NCBI RefSeq assembly: GCF_018977255.1
Contig: NW_024704743.1
Coordinates: forward strand, 109,804,001 to 109,868,000
Direction of reading: 5' to 3'
DNA length: 64,000 nucleotides
DNA from: Callorhinchus milii
Lineage: Eukaryota
In this document: positions 1 to 13,945 of the stretch, in pieces
Numbering within the stretch: the stretch's first letter is position 1
Layout of the letters: each line of letters starts with the position of its first letter
Position numbers and translations under genes: made by a program
Notes under the pieces: model-generated
The model's input: the letters and a program-made list of their open reading frames with translations, nothing else
Told to the model about the DNA's origin: nothing
Databases searched by the model: none

Positions 1-197
1 ATTAGAACCGCTTAATAATTCAAGGCGCAGGGAAAGTAGCACGGAACTATTAGTTAGACTGGATAGCAGCCAGGCTGAGAAGTAATTATATTTTATATGC
101 AAATCTTGCCGTTTTTAATTTTCTAGAAATTACGCTTTGGTTCAGGGCTCATTTGCATGACATTCAAAGCGGCCGTTAAACCTGTGGCTGCACTTAC

Positions 198-288
198 CCT
201 GGACGAACCACGTACGATTTCCAAGAGCTGTTTGATGTACTTTGTGGAGGAGCTGATTGTTTTATTGGTCTCTTGCTGTGTAGAGTGC
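198..288 (-). CDS. TSNARE1: TSNARE1 internal coding exon (91 nt, phase 2 to 0): (L)HSTQQETNKTISSSTKYIKQLLEIVRGSSR
   Basis: Acceptor gtttgacctcag, donor AGG|gtaagt. It matches the recalled TSNARE1 motif LHTAQQETNKTIAAS and is the C-terminal part of ORF 123..392. Confidence 0.9.
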
Positions 289-299
289 CTGAGGTCAAA

Positions 300-657
300 C
301 AGAAGAGGGACAGAGGGAGGGAGGCATGAGAGAAAGAGAGAGAGATGGGGAGGAAGGAAAAGAGGGAGAAGGGAAGGAAAAACGAGGAGCAAGAGAGACC
401 GAGAGGGAGGACAAAGTAAGAGAGTGGGAGAACGAATGGGGGAGAGAGGGAGAGGGAGAAGAGAGAATGGAGAAAGAGAGGGATGAATGGAGAGAGGGTC
501 AGAAGGAGAGGGAGAATGACAGATAGAGGGAGGGAGGAAAAGAGGGGGAAGAGGGAGGGATGGAGGAGGACGAACGGATGGAAAGGGAAGGACAAAGAAA
601 GGGAGAAAGAGAGAGAGAGAAAGAGAAAGGGATACAGAGGGAGGTAGAGAGAGAAAA
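300..657. repeat. GA-rich low-complexity tract (polypyrimidine on the gene strand)
   Basis: Almost only G and A on the + strand; it abuts the exon acceptor at 289. Confidence 0.95.
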
Positions 658-1823
658 TGTGATTCTCAACAAAAAAAGTGTTTCACATCAAATAGCTAAA
701 ATCAACAACAACAATTCATACTTGTATAGTGCCTTTCGCATTAGGAGAATATCCCAAAGTGCTTTACCAAGGCTGAGCAGGAGCTTAAAATTACTTAAAC
801 AACCATGGAGAGAATCACAATTAAAATTAAAAATCACTGGTTAAAAATTGAAACCTTGGGAAGCTTTTTATTTGAATTTATCTAAAGATTTTGACATGCT
901 CCTTTTAAATTATGATTAATCGTGATATTTGATCGTGGTCGCTCATGGTGAAAATCAGTCCTAAATGTCTGATCAATTGCGATTAGGAAGTGACGGACCA
1001 TTAGGAACCATCAGAGAGACAACCAAGGGCTTGGGGGGAATGTGGACTACTATAAACTGATACACACACTGACCACACCCGGAGATCAGAAAGGGTTTGG
1101 TCTCACAGCGTATGGTGAGAATGTGGAATGCACTGCACCAGTGAACAAAGAATCCAGAATTGACTGGCATTTTTAAAAGAGGCTGAAACACCAGTCATGG
1201 TGAAAACGCCATGAAGAGACTTCTCAAAATCTAATCAAATGTGGAACAGGCTCTGAATGGCCTCCTTCCAGAATCACTGCAACTTACTGCGCAGAAGGAG
1301 GTCATTCAGCCCATTTTGCGTTACAAACTCTGATGTTAACGTAACTTAAACAATCATGAAAAGAGACGCTTTATATTTTATTCTATCTGGCTCTCTGAAA
1401 GTGCTCTCCATCCTGCGTCCCACTTCCCTGTCTTTTCCTCCTTGTCGCCCTTTTACATAGAATTTCTTTTTTTTTCCTGTTTCTATTCCAATTTCATCTG
1501 AAGGGAAAAAAAATCAGAAAGCTGTCTTCAGTAACAACGATAATAATAATCATCCTTGCTCTTCATATAGCACAATATTTAGCAACTGTAATGACTGTGT
1601 ATGTTATAGGCCAACACGACAGCTAAATTGCACAGCAATGTCCCACAAATAGATATGAAGCGAACAACCAATTATTTCTGGAGTTTGTCGGGCCAGACAC
1701 TGGAAGAAACCCTTCTCCTTCTCAAATAGTGTATGAGGTCCTCAACATCCACCAGAACAGGGAGACATCAACAATGATTTGCACATGTACAATGCCTTTC
1801 ATGTTGTGCGAATGTCTAAAAGC

Positions 1824-2293
1824 AATCTGTTTTGCATCTAAACAATGCTCTAAGGACAATGGGAGTTTCACCTGTTGTCCTGGCCATCAATCCTTCAGGT
1901 AAAATTGGTCTTTCACTACATGGCTATTTGTGGGATATTTGTGGGATAAAAGAGGCGCAATTAAAATTAAAAGCATCTTACAGAGATGGAGTGACAGCTG
2001 GGGACATCTTAGATTCAGGTGGAATTTCTCCCCCCTCCACCAATAATAAAATAATAATAATGCATTTAATGTTGTGTCTTTCACAATAGGCAGACATCTC
2101 AAAACCCTTCACAAGAGTCAAAGTTACGTGTAGTGACTGTATTTATAGATGAACACGGCAGCCAATTTGTGCACACCAATATCCCACAAATAGCCATGTA
2201 GTGAAAGACCAATTTTACCTGAGGGATTGATGGCCAGGACAACAGGTGAAAATCCTATTGTCCTTAGAGCGTTGTTTAGATGCAAAACAGATT
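1824..2293. repeat. Local inverted duplication with 116-bp arms (1824-1939 and 2178-2293)
   Basis: Hand alignment gives 4 mismatches in 116 and no gaps. ORFs 1832(+) and 2124(-) share the same peptide. Confidence 0.95.
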
Positions 2294-2989
2294 CACGTTT
2301 CAGGCACATGTTTGAACTCCAGGACCTTGGATCCCTTCTCTAGATCTTGGAGTAAACAACGGCCCCACATGCAGACCAACCTGCTCACATTTGTCTGCGC
2401 TGATCTTGTAATTTGACTTGCAAATCACACGGCCCTTCTAAAGCGAGGTGACTGAGACAGCCCCATTTCAGCATGATGAACACAAAAAGGGACATGAATA
2501 AAAACAGCTGTAGGAACATTCCCAAGCCCGGAGCTAATCTTCCCCAAGGCTCGAGTTAATCTTATAATCCTCTCTCACTCGCTATTTTCTTAATCCTAAT
2601 TTTGTGTGTGTGTGTGTGTATGAAGAACCTCTCTCTCCCATTTTCCACTTCAGCTCATTTCACACAGCTTGTCTGCACATTTGCCAGCTTTTATCTTCTT
2701 CCCTTTCAATAAAGATGATCATTCCTAACTGGGATTTGTTTTTAGTATTTTTTAAAATAATAATTTAGAAGTAAAAATTGTGAACCAGTCTGCACTGGTG
2801 CTTATACTCCACATGAGCTTCCAGCCCTACTGAACCCCCTCCCATAACCCTCTATTCTTTTCTTCCTCTTATATGCATCGAGTATCCTCTTAAATACATT
2901 TATGCTTCCTGCTTCGATCCCAGTTTCTGGCAGTGAGTTCCAAATTCTGAACACTCTCTGCAAAAAGAAGTTTCTCTTAAACTCTCTTT

Positions 2990-3242
2990 TAGCCTCTCTG
3001 CCCCCACCTTTTGGAACACCCTCCCAAGTCCCTTTGCCTCGCTCCCTCCCTTGCCTCCTTCAAGACACGTCTCAAGATCCTCCTCTTCGATCGCACCTTC
3101 GTCCATCCTCCTACCCCTTCCCTCCCTGCCCTCCATCCCTCCTGATCCCATCCCCTGCTTGGGTCCAAATTCCTGACTATCCGGCACCTTGGAACGTCCT
3201 CCGGATGTGAAAGGCGCTACACAAATGTAATTTGTTGTTGTT
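2990..3242 (+). mobile_element. L2 LINE 3' end fragment
   Basis: Similar to 49440-49710, with the tail stem-loop and (TTG)n. Confidence 0.85.
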
Positions 3243-3559
3243 ATACAGATTCCGCCTCAACCTTTGCTCTAGGTCAGGATTTCCACAGCCTGCAAACCCT
3301 GCATGTGTGTAAAAAAAATCTCCTCCCTCCTTTAACCAAAATCATTTTAAGATTCTATAGCAAACCCTTTTAAGCCATTACAAAGAAATATAAAAATTGC
3401 AGCACAGAAAGCTGCCGCTCAGTTTATTTCAGCCTCACTGCTTCTCCACAAGGGTTGTCGACTCCAAATCCAATTCCCTGTTTTTTCCTTCATACTTTTC
3501 TATATATTCTTCCTCTTTAAATATATATCTAAATCTCCATTAAACATTGCTGATAGGTG

Positions 3560-3808
3560 AGGCATGAAGTGAATGAGAAATTTTATTTTGAGAGGATTGC
3601 TGGCCAGGAAATCTGGAGAAACTCCCTTGAACAGGCAGATGGGAGCTCGATTTAATACCTCATCTGAACAATGGCAGCTCAGCCAATGTATTGCAGCACC
3701 AGCACTACACTAGATTAGATGTGAGCTCAAAGTCCTGATGTGGAGCTTGAACCCACAACCTTCTGAATCAGAGATGAAAGTGCTATGAACCGAGCCAGGC
3801 TGGCACAC
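3560..3808 (-). mobile_element. tRNA-headed Deu-domain SINE, partial
   Basis: Reverse complement of the head cctggctcggttcatagcact...gaaggttgtgggttcaagc followed by a Deu-like core. Confidence 0.75.
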
Positions 3809-6389
3809 GTTAATTACCCTCTGTGGAAAGCAATCTTCTGGTGCCTGTTCTGAAATTGGCTTATGTAACCCCGATGGTGAGATCTGTGGGAGACCTGTGC
3901 CTTTAAGGAATTGAAGAAGGAAAATTACCAGTATTCCTCAGAAGGCCAATATTTCTATAACCTTCAATCCCATTTATAACCAAATACACATCCAGCTACT
4001 TTTAAAGAAATCCATCGGCTAAGCGTTAATTACATTCGATAGAACTTCATTCCACATAACACACTTTCCTAGGAAAAAAAATTACTTTTTTTCTAATCTC
4101 TGTTTCTCCTCCAGGCAGACCAATTTTGTACTCATGCCGACTACTTCTGCAATCACAGTTTAACTTAAATAACCCGCTTACATCTACATTATCCATGCCT
4201 TTCAGCCATTTAAAGTTCTGGATGACATGCCCTCCTTCTCTCGCGCTTGCTCGATCTCTTCTCAAATCTTATTTTCTTGAATGGATAAAAAAAAATCAGT
4301 TCTGACAGGCCTTTCCTCACATCATATTGTGAAATAATGATCCATGAATTTGAGTCTGTAACGTTGCATTATGTCCATCATACCATTCAGCGCCCGTAGC
4401 GTTGAAATGTTTTACAGAATTTCCTGTGGGTGTAGTGACTGTGCTTTTGTGGACGGACGTGGCAGCAATTTGACACAGCAGTTCAGTGAAGTCAGCTATC
4501 GCAGGCTTGTTATACAATGGCTCGGGATTTTATGGATCCCAAACAGGTTATAATGGGGCTTCCATATAGTTTTACCTGGGTCACAGAGTGATAATAAACC
4601 TTGCATCTGATATAGCACCTTATCACGTTGTCACAATGTCTCAAAGCGCTTCACAGGATTTCACTGTAAAATGTTGTTACTATTTAACTGATAAATTATT
4701 CATAGTGTTGCCAGCTCTATATACTGGGAAGGGCTCAGGTATAATTAGATGAGCTAATATGATGGGGGCGTGTAAATGCGGATATAATTGGTCTTGATGT
4801 CTTATGCTAAAGAGCAAATTCAGCCTGGATTCCTGTCCAGTAACTCTTGCTGGAGAGTGCGTGCAGACTCTAGTTGAGGGGCTTGTTTGTGATTCCCTCT
4901 GTTCTTCCCACCCCAACTAGCTAACTCTCAGACATGTAAAGATTGTTTCAGCTCAGTCTTAACTCGTGCTAAAAGTACATGAAAGCCTTCTGTCAGCCTA
5001 GTCCAGTAGGTAGCACTCACGCCTCCGGTTCAGAAGGTCTGTGGGTTCAACCCCCACGTGAGCTCGGTTACACAAGACTGTTAAATTGCAGTTTATCCCT
5101 CTGGTACAAAGAATAATGATAGGGGACGTGATAGAAGGATGGTACATAGAATTACATACAGGTTACAGCACGGAAACAGGCCATTCGGCCCAACTATTCC
5201 ATGCAGACCTTTATACTTCACATGAGCCTTCACCCCTCTTCCTATCCTCCTCACATTCACTTAACATGTGTAGGTGCATGGAGCTCTCAGCCTGGTTTGG
5301 ATATTCTTAAATGTGGTATGGGTTTCCACAGGGGTGAGACACCCTCTTGCCAAAAATAAAGTATATCTCTATTCCTTCTCAATGGAGTTGCTTTATTATC
5401 GGAGTTGCCTTTCTTCATTTGAGACCTTGAAGCTAAGGTCCGGTCGTTCTGGGCGATGTATCAACCGTGAGGATGCTTAATGTGCCCTTAGAGACAAGGT
5501 TCACAGCTAGAAAGATCTTTAATTCACCCGCACTGTTCCGGTGAACTGAGAAAGAGTGAGCTGCTCGGAGTTTGTCTTTTGCTGCTCTTAGCCCCTCGGG
5601 GAAAGAGGAAAAGCATGGTTTCGAATGAGAGATTTGTGTGTGTGTGTGCTGACCGCAGTCAAGAAAATCTTGAGTCGCTGTTTATCTACCTTGTGACAAA
5701 TACTCCGAGTTACTTTGCAATGTTCAAGTGGTTGCAAAACCTGTGAACATTCTCTCCTCGGCTCTTATCGGGGGCGAATTTCACCAGGGTTAAAATTAAT
5801 TCTATTTACGCAGCACTTAGCAAATTGTTGAATTCAGTCTTGATTCACAAGCTGCTTTTTTCCTCTGGTTCTTAATAGAAATTTATGGAAAAGACAACTT
5901 CAAAGTTAAGGTTGTTCTGAAGAATTTACCAAATTCTGATCGCTCTGACAGAAAGAGAGCAAATTGAGACCCATTCAGAATTACTCGCCCCAGTGTACTT
6001 CCAGCAACAGCAGCCTGCATTGACGTAGCAACTTTCTTGTAAGATGAACATTTCCAGGGGCTTCATATCTTCTTTAGGATATGGGGTCTCCTTTGAGATA
6101 ACTAACTTGAAGTTCATGCTTAACCATGGAATGTAGGAATCAAATCAATTCTCTGTGCAGATCTCCAACTAGACAGAGGATGTGAGGAATGAGCAGCAGA
6201 CCAGAGTTGGAGAAGCAGAGGGCATGGTCATAGAACAGGGCTGAAGGAGGTGGCAGAGAGGGGCTACATTCCTCTAGAAAGAGAGAGAGCTTGCATTGTT
6301 ATAGTGCCATATGTCAAAAGATAATTCACGTTGAATGTAGCAATTGAATTTGGAAGAATTCAAATCAGCTATGGTTCTACCCACAGCTG

Positions 6390-6570
6390 ATTGAGAATGT
6401 ACATTGGAAAGTACATTAAAGTTAGATAATTATTTAGGGAGGACAAGTTTGCAGGGCTACGGGGAGAGCGCAGGGGAGTGGGATTGAATTGGATAGCTCT
6501 TTTCAAAGAGTCAGCCAGACATGATAGGCCTTCTGTGCTGTATAATTCTATGGTTATGATTCTATGATTT
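6390..6570 (+). mobile_element. CR1 LINE 3' end
   Basis: Typical 3' UTR ending ttctgtgctgt...attctatg repeats. Confidence 0.8.
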
Positions 6571-9500
6571 TACTGCCTGTTCTTGGATGGACGTTAAAGA
6601 CCCCAAGACTATTCAGAAAGAAGCAGGAGNTTTTTTCCAGGGTCCTGGCCTGCAATTCTCCAAATTAATCGTTCATTCAATTCATAGTTGTTTTTGGATC
6701 TTTGCTTTGTGCAAAATGGCTGCTGTGTCTTGCTACAAAAAAAATCACTATTACACTTCACAATAATTATTACACTTCACTATAATTAACTTTAAGACTT
6801 TCTTAGGACAGGACACTTGCAAGCAAGCAAGATTTTTTTCTTGTAGCCTCACACGTACAGTGTCCGACTCCAAGAGGTAGTCGGGAGGGAAGGAGAGCGA
6901 TGTTGACATATACTGTCCATGGTAAACTCTAATTATTCTGCTTCCTTCACGCTGTGTACTCTGTTGGCAAATAATGATAGATGGCAACTTGCAAATCAAG
7001 TTCATGAGGTAGAGGGTAATTTTATTTCAATAAATTGAATCACTGAAGTTGATTAAAGATGGTAGACTGGGGAATAACAGTCTTGCTCCATCCTATTGTA
7101 CTTCTTAACATAATTATATATATTAATACGACCCGAATTCTCAGTTTACCGTCAAAATTTCCCTTGGCAGTCTGCAATGTAATTAAAATCAAATGTCCAA
7201 GGTAACTGGTGCTTCTGCTGGTGATTAACCACCTTAATCTGCTGGATACTGATGTGAAACTACACATTACTACAGAAATCAGAAACACTGACATTTTCAG
7301 CAAGGACGGAAACATTTTGGCCCATCGTATCTGTGCCACTGATACCTGTTTTTCTAAGTCATCCTTTCTTTCTCCTTAATCCTTCTTTCCAGCTCTCTTC
7401 ACCCCCTACCACTCGTCCCTCAATATATTTACCAGCTGGGTGCCTATTCAGTTACTTTTTGAAAGATTTGAAAGACAGGTGCCAGCTGAGTAGCACTCTC
7501 GCCTTCTGAGCGAAAGGTTGTTGGTTCAAGACTTACATTAAGGCTGACAATTCAGTACAGCAGTGGGGGACGTGCATCATTATCAAACGTTGAAGGTCCT
7601 GCAGCACTTTTGGAAAAGATAAGGGAGTTTCTCCTTGTGTTCTGTCCATCAAATGATCAATTTTCACAAAAGATGAGTTCTTAAAGGGTCGGCCTGAGAT
7701 ACGTACCTGCAGATTCACTATTTACATATCCAGTTGCGAATCTCTATGAAAGATTATGAAAGGCGTTTGTATGTGTAAAGTGCTCTGAGGCGCTACCATA
7801 CGTGGAGGGTGTTATATAAGTGCAAGCTGTTGTTGTATGTGGCATGTCGTCTGGTTTGGATACTCTTAAGCATGGTGATGGGTTTGTGCACGTGTCAGAC
7901 ACCCAGGTGACCAAACAAAAGAGGGTTGTTGAAGCGTGGAATTTATTACCACAAGCAGCTGTTGAGACTGGATGAATAAAATAATAATCCTTGCATTTGA
8001 TAAAATGCCTTTTACGTTTGGAAGACATCTCAAAAAGCTTCACTGGATTTACTGTAAAGTGCAGTGACTTTGCATTTTATAGGCAAACCCTGCAGCAAAT
8101 TTGCATGCAGCAATGTCCTAACCGTGAAATGAATGACCAATTTTTTCTTGCATTGATTGATTATTATCTGTCTCAGTTAGTGGTCTCACTTCTAGACACA
8201 ACAGGTTGTTGATTCAAGCCCCTTGCTGAGGGTGATAATCCAGAACAGCAGTGGGGGAGCACTTCACTGCCAGATACATCATCATTCGGTTGAAATGTTG
8301 CACTGGGTTCTTGTCTCTCTCTCTCTTTCAAGTTAAAATGAAAGATCCTGTGACACTATTTGACAATATGAGAAGGGAGTTTCTCCTGATTGGCCCCAGA
8401 TTATTTGGTCACGGGGTGTTTTGTGAGACCGGGCTAGCGCAAAATGAGTTTGCTTCCAAAATCAATCAATGCATCTGCGAGTAATTCCTTGTGAGGCCCC
8501 CCACCCCCAACCAGATGACAATACAAAATTTCTCCCTTTCTTGAACTGCAATTGTGTCCCAGTTAAAGCAACGGGATTAGTGCCCGCACACAATAGCCCA
8601 CGCAGGCAGACAAAATACAAAGAATTGCAAGCAATTATTCCAGTTTACAAAGACGCTGCGCCTCATTAATAGGACACGCGTCCCAAAGGAAAAACTCAAC
8701 ACATCAGCAGACACCACTGGGTCCATTATCAAAGGCAATTCAATTCATTTAATAATCTGCGCCCAAGCGAAGAGAGAGAAAAAAAAGCTTTTATTTTACA
8801 CTACGCCCTGTATCACTGCAATTCACTAAAAGTTGACTGTTGGCTAAAATTATGTGGATCTCCATTTTCATGTTAATTATAAAAGATCTTGAATTATCCC
8901 TGGTATTTGAATGGTGTGGTATTGTTCCAAAAACAATCTTGGTTTTTACTCAATTAAAAATAACTTTAATTAGTTTTTTTTGTCTCCCAACAGCATAAGC
9001 TGCACAATCATATTTGCATTTCATCTTTTGTTCTCTTTCTCACCTCTCGTTTTATCCTCTGTTCTCTGCTGCAATGAGGAAGTGGCTCAGTACAGGGACA
9101 TAAATTCATCACATGAGCAACTATTTTCCACCCGTCTTCAATCCCCATCTTCACCACTATCAGCGACATTGAGCCCATAGTTCAGGCTGACGCTCCTAGC
9201 TCAGCGCTGGTCTCAGGGTGGGGGAAGCGCTGTGTTATCAGAGGTGCTGCCCTTCAGATAAGAAATTAAGATGAACTCCTGTCTACCTGTGGCTGATAAA
9301 ATTGTGAGTGGCTGCTTTGTGGTACATACCATACCAAGACTGGCTGCCACGGTTGCTTACAAATATACAGTCACTAGACTGAACAGTCTTTACTGTAAAG
9401 TGGTTCTACGTGGTGGGCATTATAGCAAATAGAAAGATTATTATTGTTCCCTTCAACATGCCAGTCAGTGCTCAAAGTGTGAGCTGTATCCCGCAGGATG

Positions 9501-9739
9501 CCCACTTGAGTCAGATATGCACTGGAGTGAGAATCTGTCAAGGCTAGACACTGAGGTGGAGGTATTGTGAAAGAATAGGATCAAATGGGCCAAAGAACCT
9601 TTTCCTCCAAACCTCTCTTGTGGTCTGCTAATCGCTAAAAGCACCAATCTTATGCTACAAATTTGTTTGCCTTGCGTTGCTCTTACGTACATTGTACCTT
9701 TCTCGAATTTCTTTACAATGGCAAAGGAGGCAGAGTAGT

Positions 9740-10030
9740 GGAGAGGAGATTTTAATGGACACAACATAAATTTTGATGGCAGGGAGAGAATGAGTCAGGC
9801 AAAGGAATTTTGAGAGAGTTCCAAAGAGAAGGGTGAACGGTGAGTAACGGGAGTGAGGAACAAGTGGTGGACTAGAATCGGAAGAGTGGAGGGTATTGAT
9901 ATGAGAGGCATGGAGAAGATTGCAGTGGAAGCGAGGAGCGAATCTGTGAAGGTCGAGACCAGGATCTTTATAATGGGATCTCCCATTGGAGGCAGTGATC
10001 AGGGAAAAGTAGGACAAAGCTCTACACGAG
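9740..10030 (-). mobile_element. Old, degenerate L2 3' fragment
   Basis: Degenerate match to the KILxxT...TLxSS...LWNSL region. Confidence 0.6.
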
Positions 10031-10859
10031 AGGATAAACATGTGCCTTTCATTTCATGTCTGTTTGTGCTGTCCTGAATCCTAACTGCGGCAGTCAAAAA
10101 ATTATTCGATAAAAGGTCACGCTCTGCACCTCCCTGAGGACGCTCAGACACAAAGTGTAGATTTTTACAATTTTTTTTTCTTGCATGCATTTAAATGCCT
10201 TGTTGCACCTAAAACCCCACATGACATGCACACTTCATACACATTCAAGAAAATCTGAACTGCTACCTACACCCCTCCCCCTTTTGAAGAAAGGCAGCCT
10301 CTGGGTGATCGAGCAACACCAGGACAGAGGCAGGCAGCCCTTAGCCCTCCGGAAACTCACTGCCACAGCGAGATACAACTATGGTCAATGCAGCCATTGT
10401 TTGATGGTTAGCGCAATGGATGAACATGAATGTAAATATTGCTGACCCCTGTTTCCCTGTTACAAGCTGTTTATTGCATGAATCCAGTGTCCTAGCCTCA
10501 GTCGCACTTCCAGCTGTTGATAGCCTGGCGGTCTCAGACGCTAACCTCCGTGGAGGGCGCTATATAAGTCAAGTTGTTGTTGGTCTGCCTACAAATACAC
10601 AGTCACTACACTTTATAGTAATATCAAATGCAAAGTTTATTATTATTATTATTACTGACCGTCCCTCTGTGCAAAGAAATATTTCCTGGTGCCTGTCCAT
10701 AACTTGCTCTTCCTAACCCTGACTCCTGTAGCATATCTGATAGTGTCCATATAGTCACTCTCCCATCTGAGCTTACTCGGTCGATCCTCAAAGCTGATTC
10801 CTCCAGCATTGAGAACAATAATTTGCACCTTTCACATAGAAGAACTTCCCTTCTGTGTG

Positions 10860-11592
10860 AAAGTCTCTTCTCTTCCAGTTGAAAGTCAACAAGGCCGAGG
10901 CATTCCTAATTGGTTCCCTTCAGCGCTGCCACACCTCAGGCACTGGCAGCATCACCATCCATAGATGCACACTCCACCTCACTGAGCCGGTCCAGAATCT
11001 TGGCATCCTGTTTGCCCCTCAACTGTCCTTTCTAACCCACATCTGTGCCATGATCCGCTCTGCTTTCCCCCACCTCCACCACTGCCTCACTCCTCAGACC
11101 GCTGAATCCCTCATCCATGCATTTATTGCATCCAAGCTCGACTACGCCAGCTCCCTGTTTGTCAGCCTTTCCAACTCTTCCCTTTACAAGCTGCAGATCA
11201 TCCAGAACTCTGCAGCCCATGTCCTCTCCCCTGCCAGGCTCCGTGACCCTATCACCTCCACCCTCATTCGGCTCCACTGGTTCCCCATCCTCCAGAAGTG
11301 TTCAAAATCCTCATCCTTGCCTTCAAGGCCATTCACGGTCTTGCTCCTTCCTCTGTGACCTGATAACCTCATATCAACCTGTCTGCTCCCTCTGCTCAGC
11401 AGGCTCCGACCTGCTCCATGTCCCCCGCCCGGCCCGCCCCATCATCGTTGTCGGGCCTTCAGCCTCTTTGCCCGTAACCTTTGGAACTTGATCCCACAAA
11501 CCCTTTGCCTTGCTCCCCTGCTTGGGTTCAAAACCCTGATTGTCCAGCACCTTGCGACTTCCTCCTGACATAAAATGCAATTTGTTGTTGTT
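10860..11592 (+). mobile_element. L2 LINE 3' fragment (RT C-terminus to tail), older subfamily
   Basis: ORF 10879 carries SKLDYASSL...[13 protein letters not shown]...LHWFPI, and a (TTG)n tail follows. Confidence 0.92.
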
Positions 11593-13652
11593 ATAAAGAG
11601 CTTAAGAGAGAATAAGGCGGTCAAAGATTTTCAGATGGGTTTTTGGAGTGGAGAATGAGGGTGAGGATGTGAGGCACAGGGATTTTGGACGAGGGATCCA
11701 CAGCCTGGGGAGGGAACATGATAGAAAGCTCGCCCACTGATGGTGGGGTGGGAGAAGGGGTGAGGGACATGAAGCAGCCTAGAGTTGGAGTGAATGGAGT
11801 AGGCCCGGGGAAGGCTGTGCGGGGAAGGGGTTAAAGAAGAGATCGCAGTGATGGGGATGGGGCAAAGACAGGGCTCTTATAAAGTCAATCTGCTAGGACA
11901 TAAGGGAGCCATCTACGTTTGGAAGCAAATGAAAGTTAATCTCATTACTCTCTTCTGCACTCTTCTAACGAGATCCTGGACAGCAACCGAGCATCAAAGT
12001 GTCCAAAATCGAAAACCTCATTGAAACAGCTGCAAATGTTGTCTCAAGTACAAGGATTAATGATTATTTATACATATTCTTATTTCAGATTTCCAATATT
12101 GTCTGTTTTTGTTTTTGCTCCAGTGCCTGACTTGCTTCAATGTTTCAGGCTATTTTCCAGAAGATTAGAGGCCCACAAAACTCCAGTGGGAATATCAGAT
12201 GTTTTCTATTCCCAGCACACACCTACTGGCAGCCGCCAATAACAAACTGACCAGTTTAGCATCACACAAAAACTCAACAGATCCTTAATCCGCACTCCTA
12301 CAATGCACTGAACACTACTGATACCGACCTGACTCCCTATCTCTGCTTAACACATTGGCTCCATTTCGTACGTTCCTTTCATTTCCTTTGAAAACTAACA
12401 GGGAATTTTGCTGCAGCGTTCTTGCTAAACTGGGAGCTTGCTAATGCTAGCAAATGTAGTGCTATTAATACGGAAAATCCTTTAGCCCCCCATTGCCCCC
12501 TATAGTACGAGGCTACAGATGGGGGAGGGAGAGAAGTTCTTGACACATGCAGAATCTGAAACACCGTGCTTAATAGTATCCAAACCAATCGCTACTGAGC
12601 TCCCAACAATACATTGAAATGTACCCTTTGTTCGTAATGGGGAGCGCACTGTCTCTCTCTCTCTTTCTCCTGTTGGAGGGACGCGTGCCCTTCTCATTGA
12701 ATCCTGTAAAATGTTAGACGCAGGTCAATTCTGCTCTGTACCCTCTGTGCAGGAAATCTTTGGGAGCAACCCCCCCACCCATTCTGTGCGCCTGTTGGAA
12801 GAAATAGGCTGTACGTAGGATTAATTACGAGACGGTCAGAACAGCCTTCTAAGTGATTTAAATGAAGAGTTAATTAAAGATTGTCTCCATGTGCTATTCA
12901 ACGCTACTATCCTCCCTGTGACTTATTGTATCTGTCACTGGTGTAATTGTGCTTTCATCGCTGCTGCGAAAAATTTAAAATGGATATCTTGTCACACCAA
13001 TTATCAACTTTCCCTGCAATTCTCAAATATACAGGTTCTGAATGCTCATTACACAAACACTGAAAAATACAGCATTTAAATCTATTACTGTGCTGCGTAG
13101 ATAATTACAGGACTTTGTTAAATTTAACATAAAAGGTTTTGAGTCCTGTTCCAGAGTAAACCAAGGGTAAATACATCTTCTTCAACTTAACATTTCAGAT
13201 GATTGTGGAAAGCCAGTTATCCATACTGATTGAGACCAGTCTCAATGTGGACAGTGAGTGATCACATAAAATATAAATTGTATACAGTGCTAATCAAAAG
13301 CTTCTTTCATCAGTACTTAACACTACCTCTATATTACCACATTGTGCCAGCCCTTCTTTTCCTCTCTGCTAGTCTCTGTTGTTATCTTTGATTCTTTCTC
13401 AGATTTTCTGTCCCTTCCTCTTTCTTTTTTTCTCTCTGAGTCCCTTTCTCGCTCAGAGTTCTGTTTGTCTCTCTGGAGGATCTTTCTCTCTCCGAGTCTC
13501 CAACTTTCTATTTTGGAAAAAGTCTTAAATTGGGAGCTGATTTTTTCCCAGCGCTTAAAAAGACCATCAAGAAAACCAGGCTTGCAAATTATACCTGAAT
13601 TGAGGAATGTTCCAAATCTTAACTTTTGAGACCTTTTTCATAACATGAATCA

Positions 13653-13945
13653 ATAATAACCTTTGCATTTGAGACAGCGCACATAACTTCAAATACCTTT
13701 AGACTAATTATTGTAAAGTGCAGTGACTGTGTATTTGCAGGTTACGCGGTAGTCAGTTTGTGCCCAGCAAAACCCCACTAACAGCCAAAAAGTGAATGAC
13801 CAGTTTTATCTGGAGGATTGTTGGCCAGGACACCAGGAGTAGCTACCTTCTCTTTTCAAATAGTGTCACAGGATCTTTAATATCCATGTGAACAAGCAGA
13901 TTGGATCTAGGTTTAACGTCCAAAGGATGGCACCTCCAACTATAC
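13653..13945 (-). mobile_element. Deu-domain SINE, 5'-truncated
   Basis: Tail aataataacctttgcatttg plus core ggccaggacaccaggag...ggatctttaatatcc. Confidence 0.8.

Noticed and set aside
157..844. R/E/G-rich and L/S/F-rich ORFs
   Set aside because: They are translations of the GA low-complexity tract; only 198-288 on the - strand is coding.
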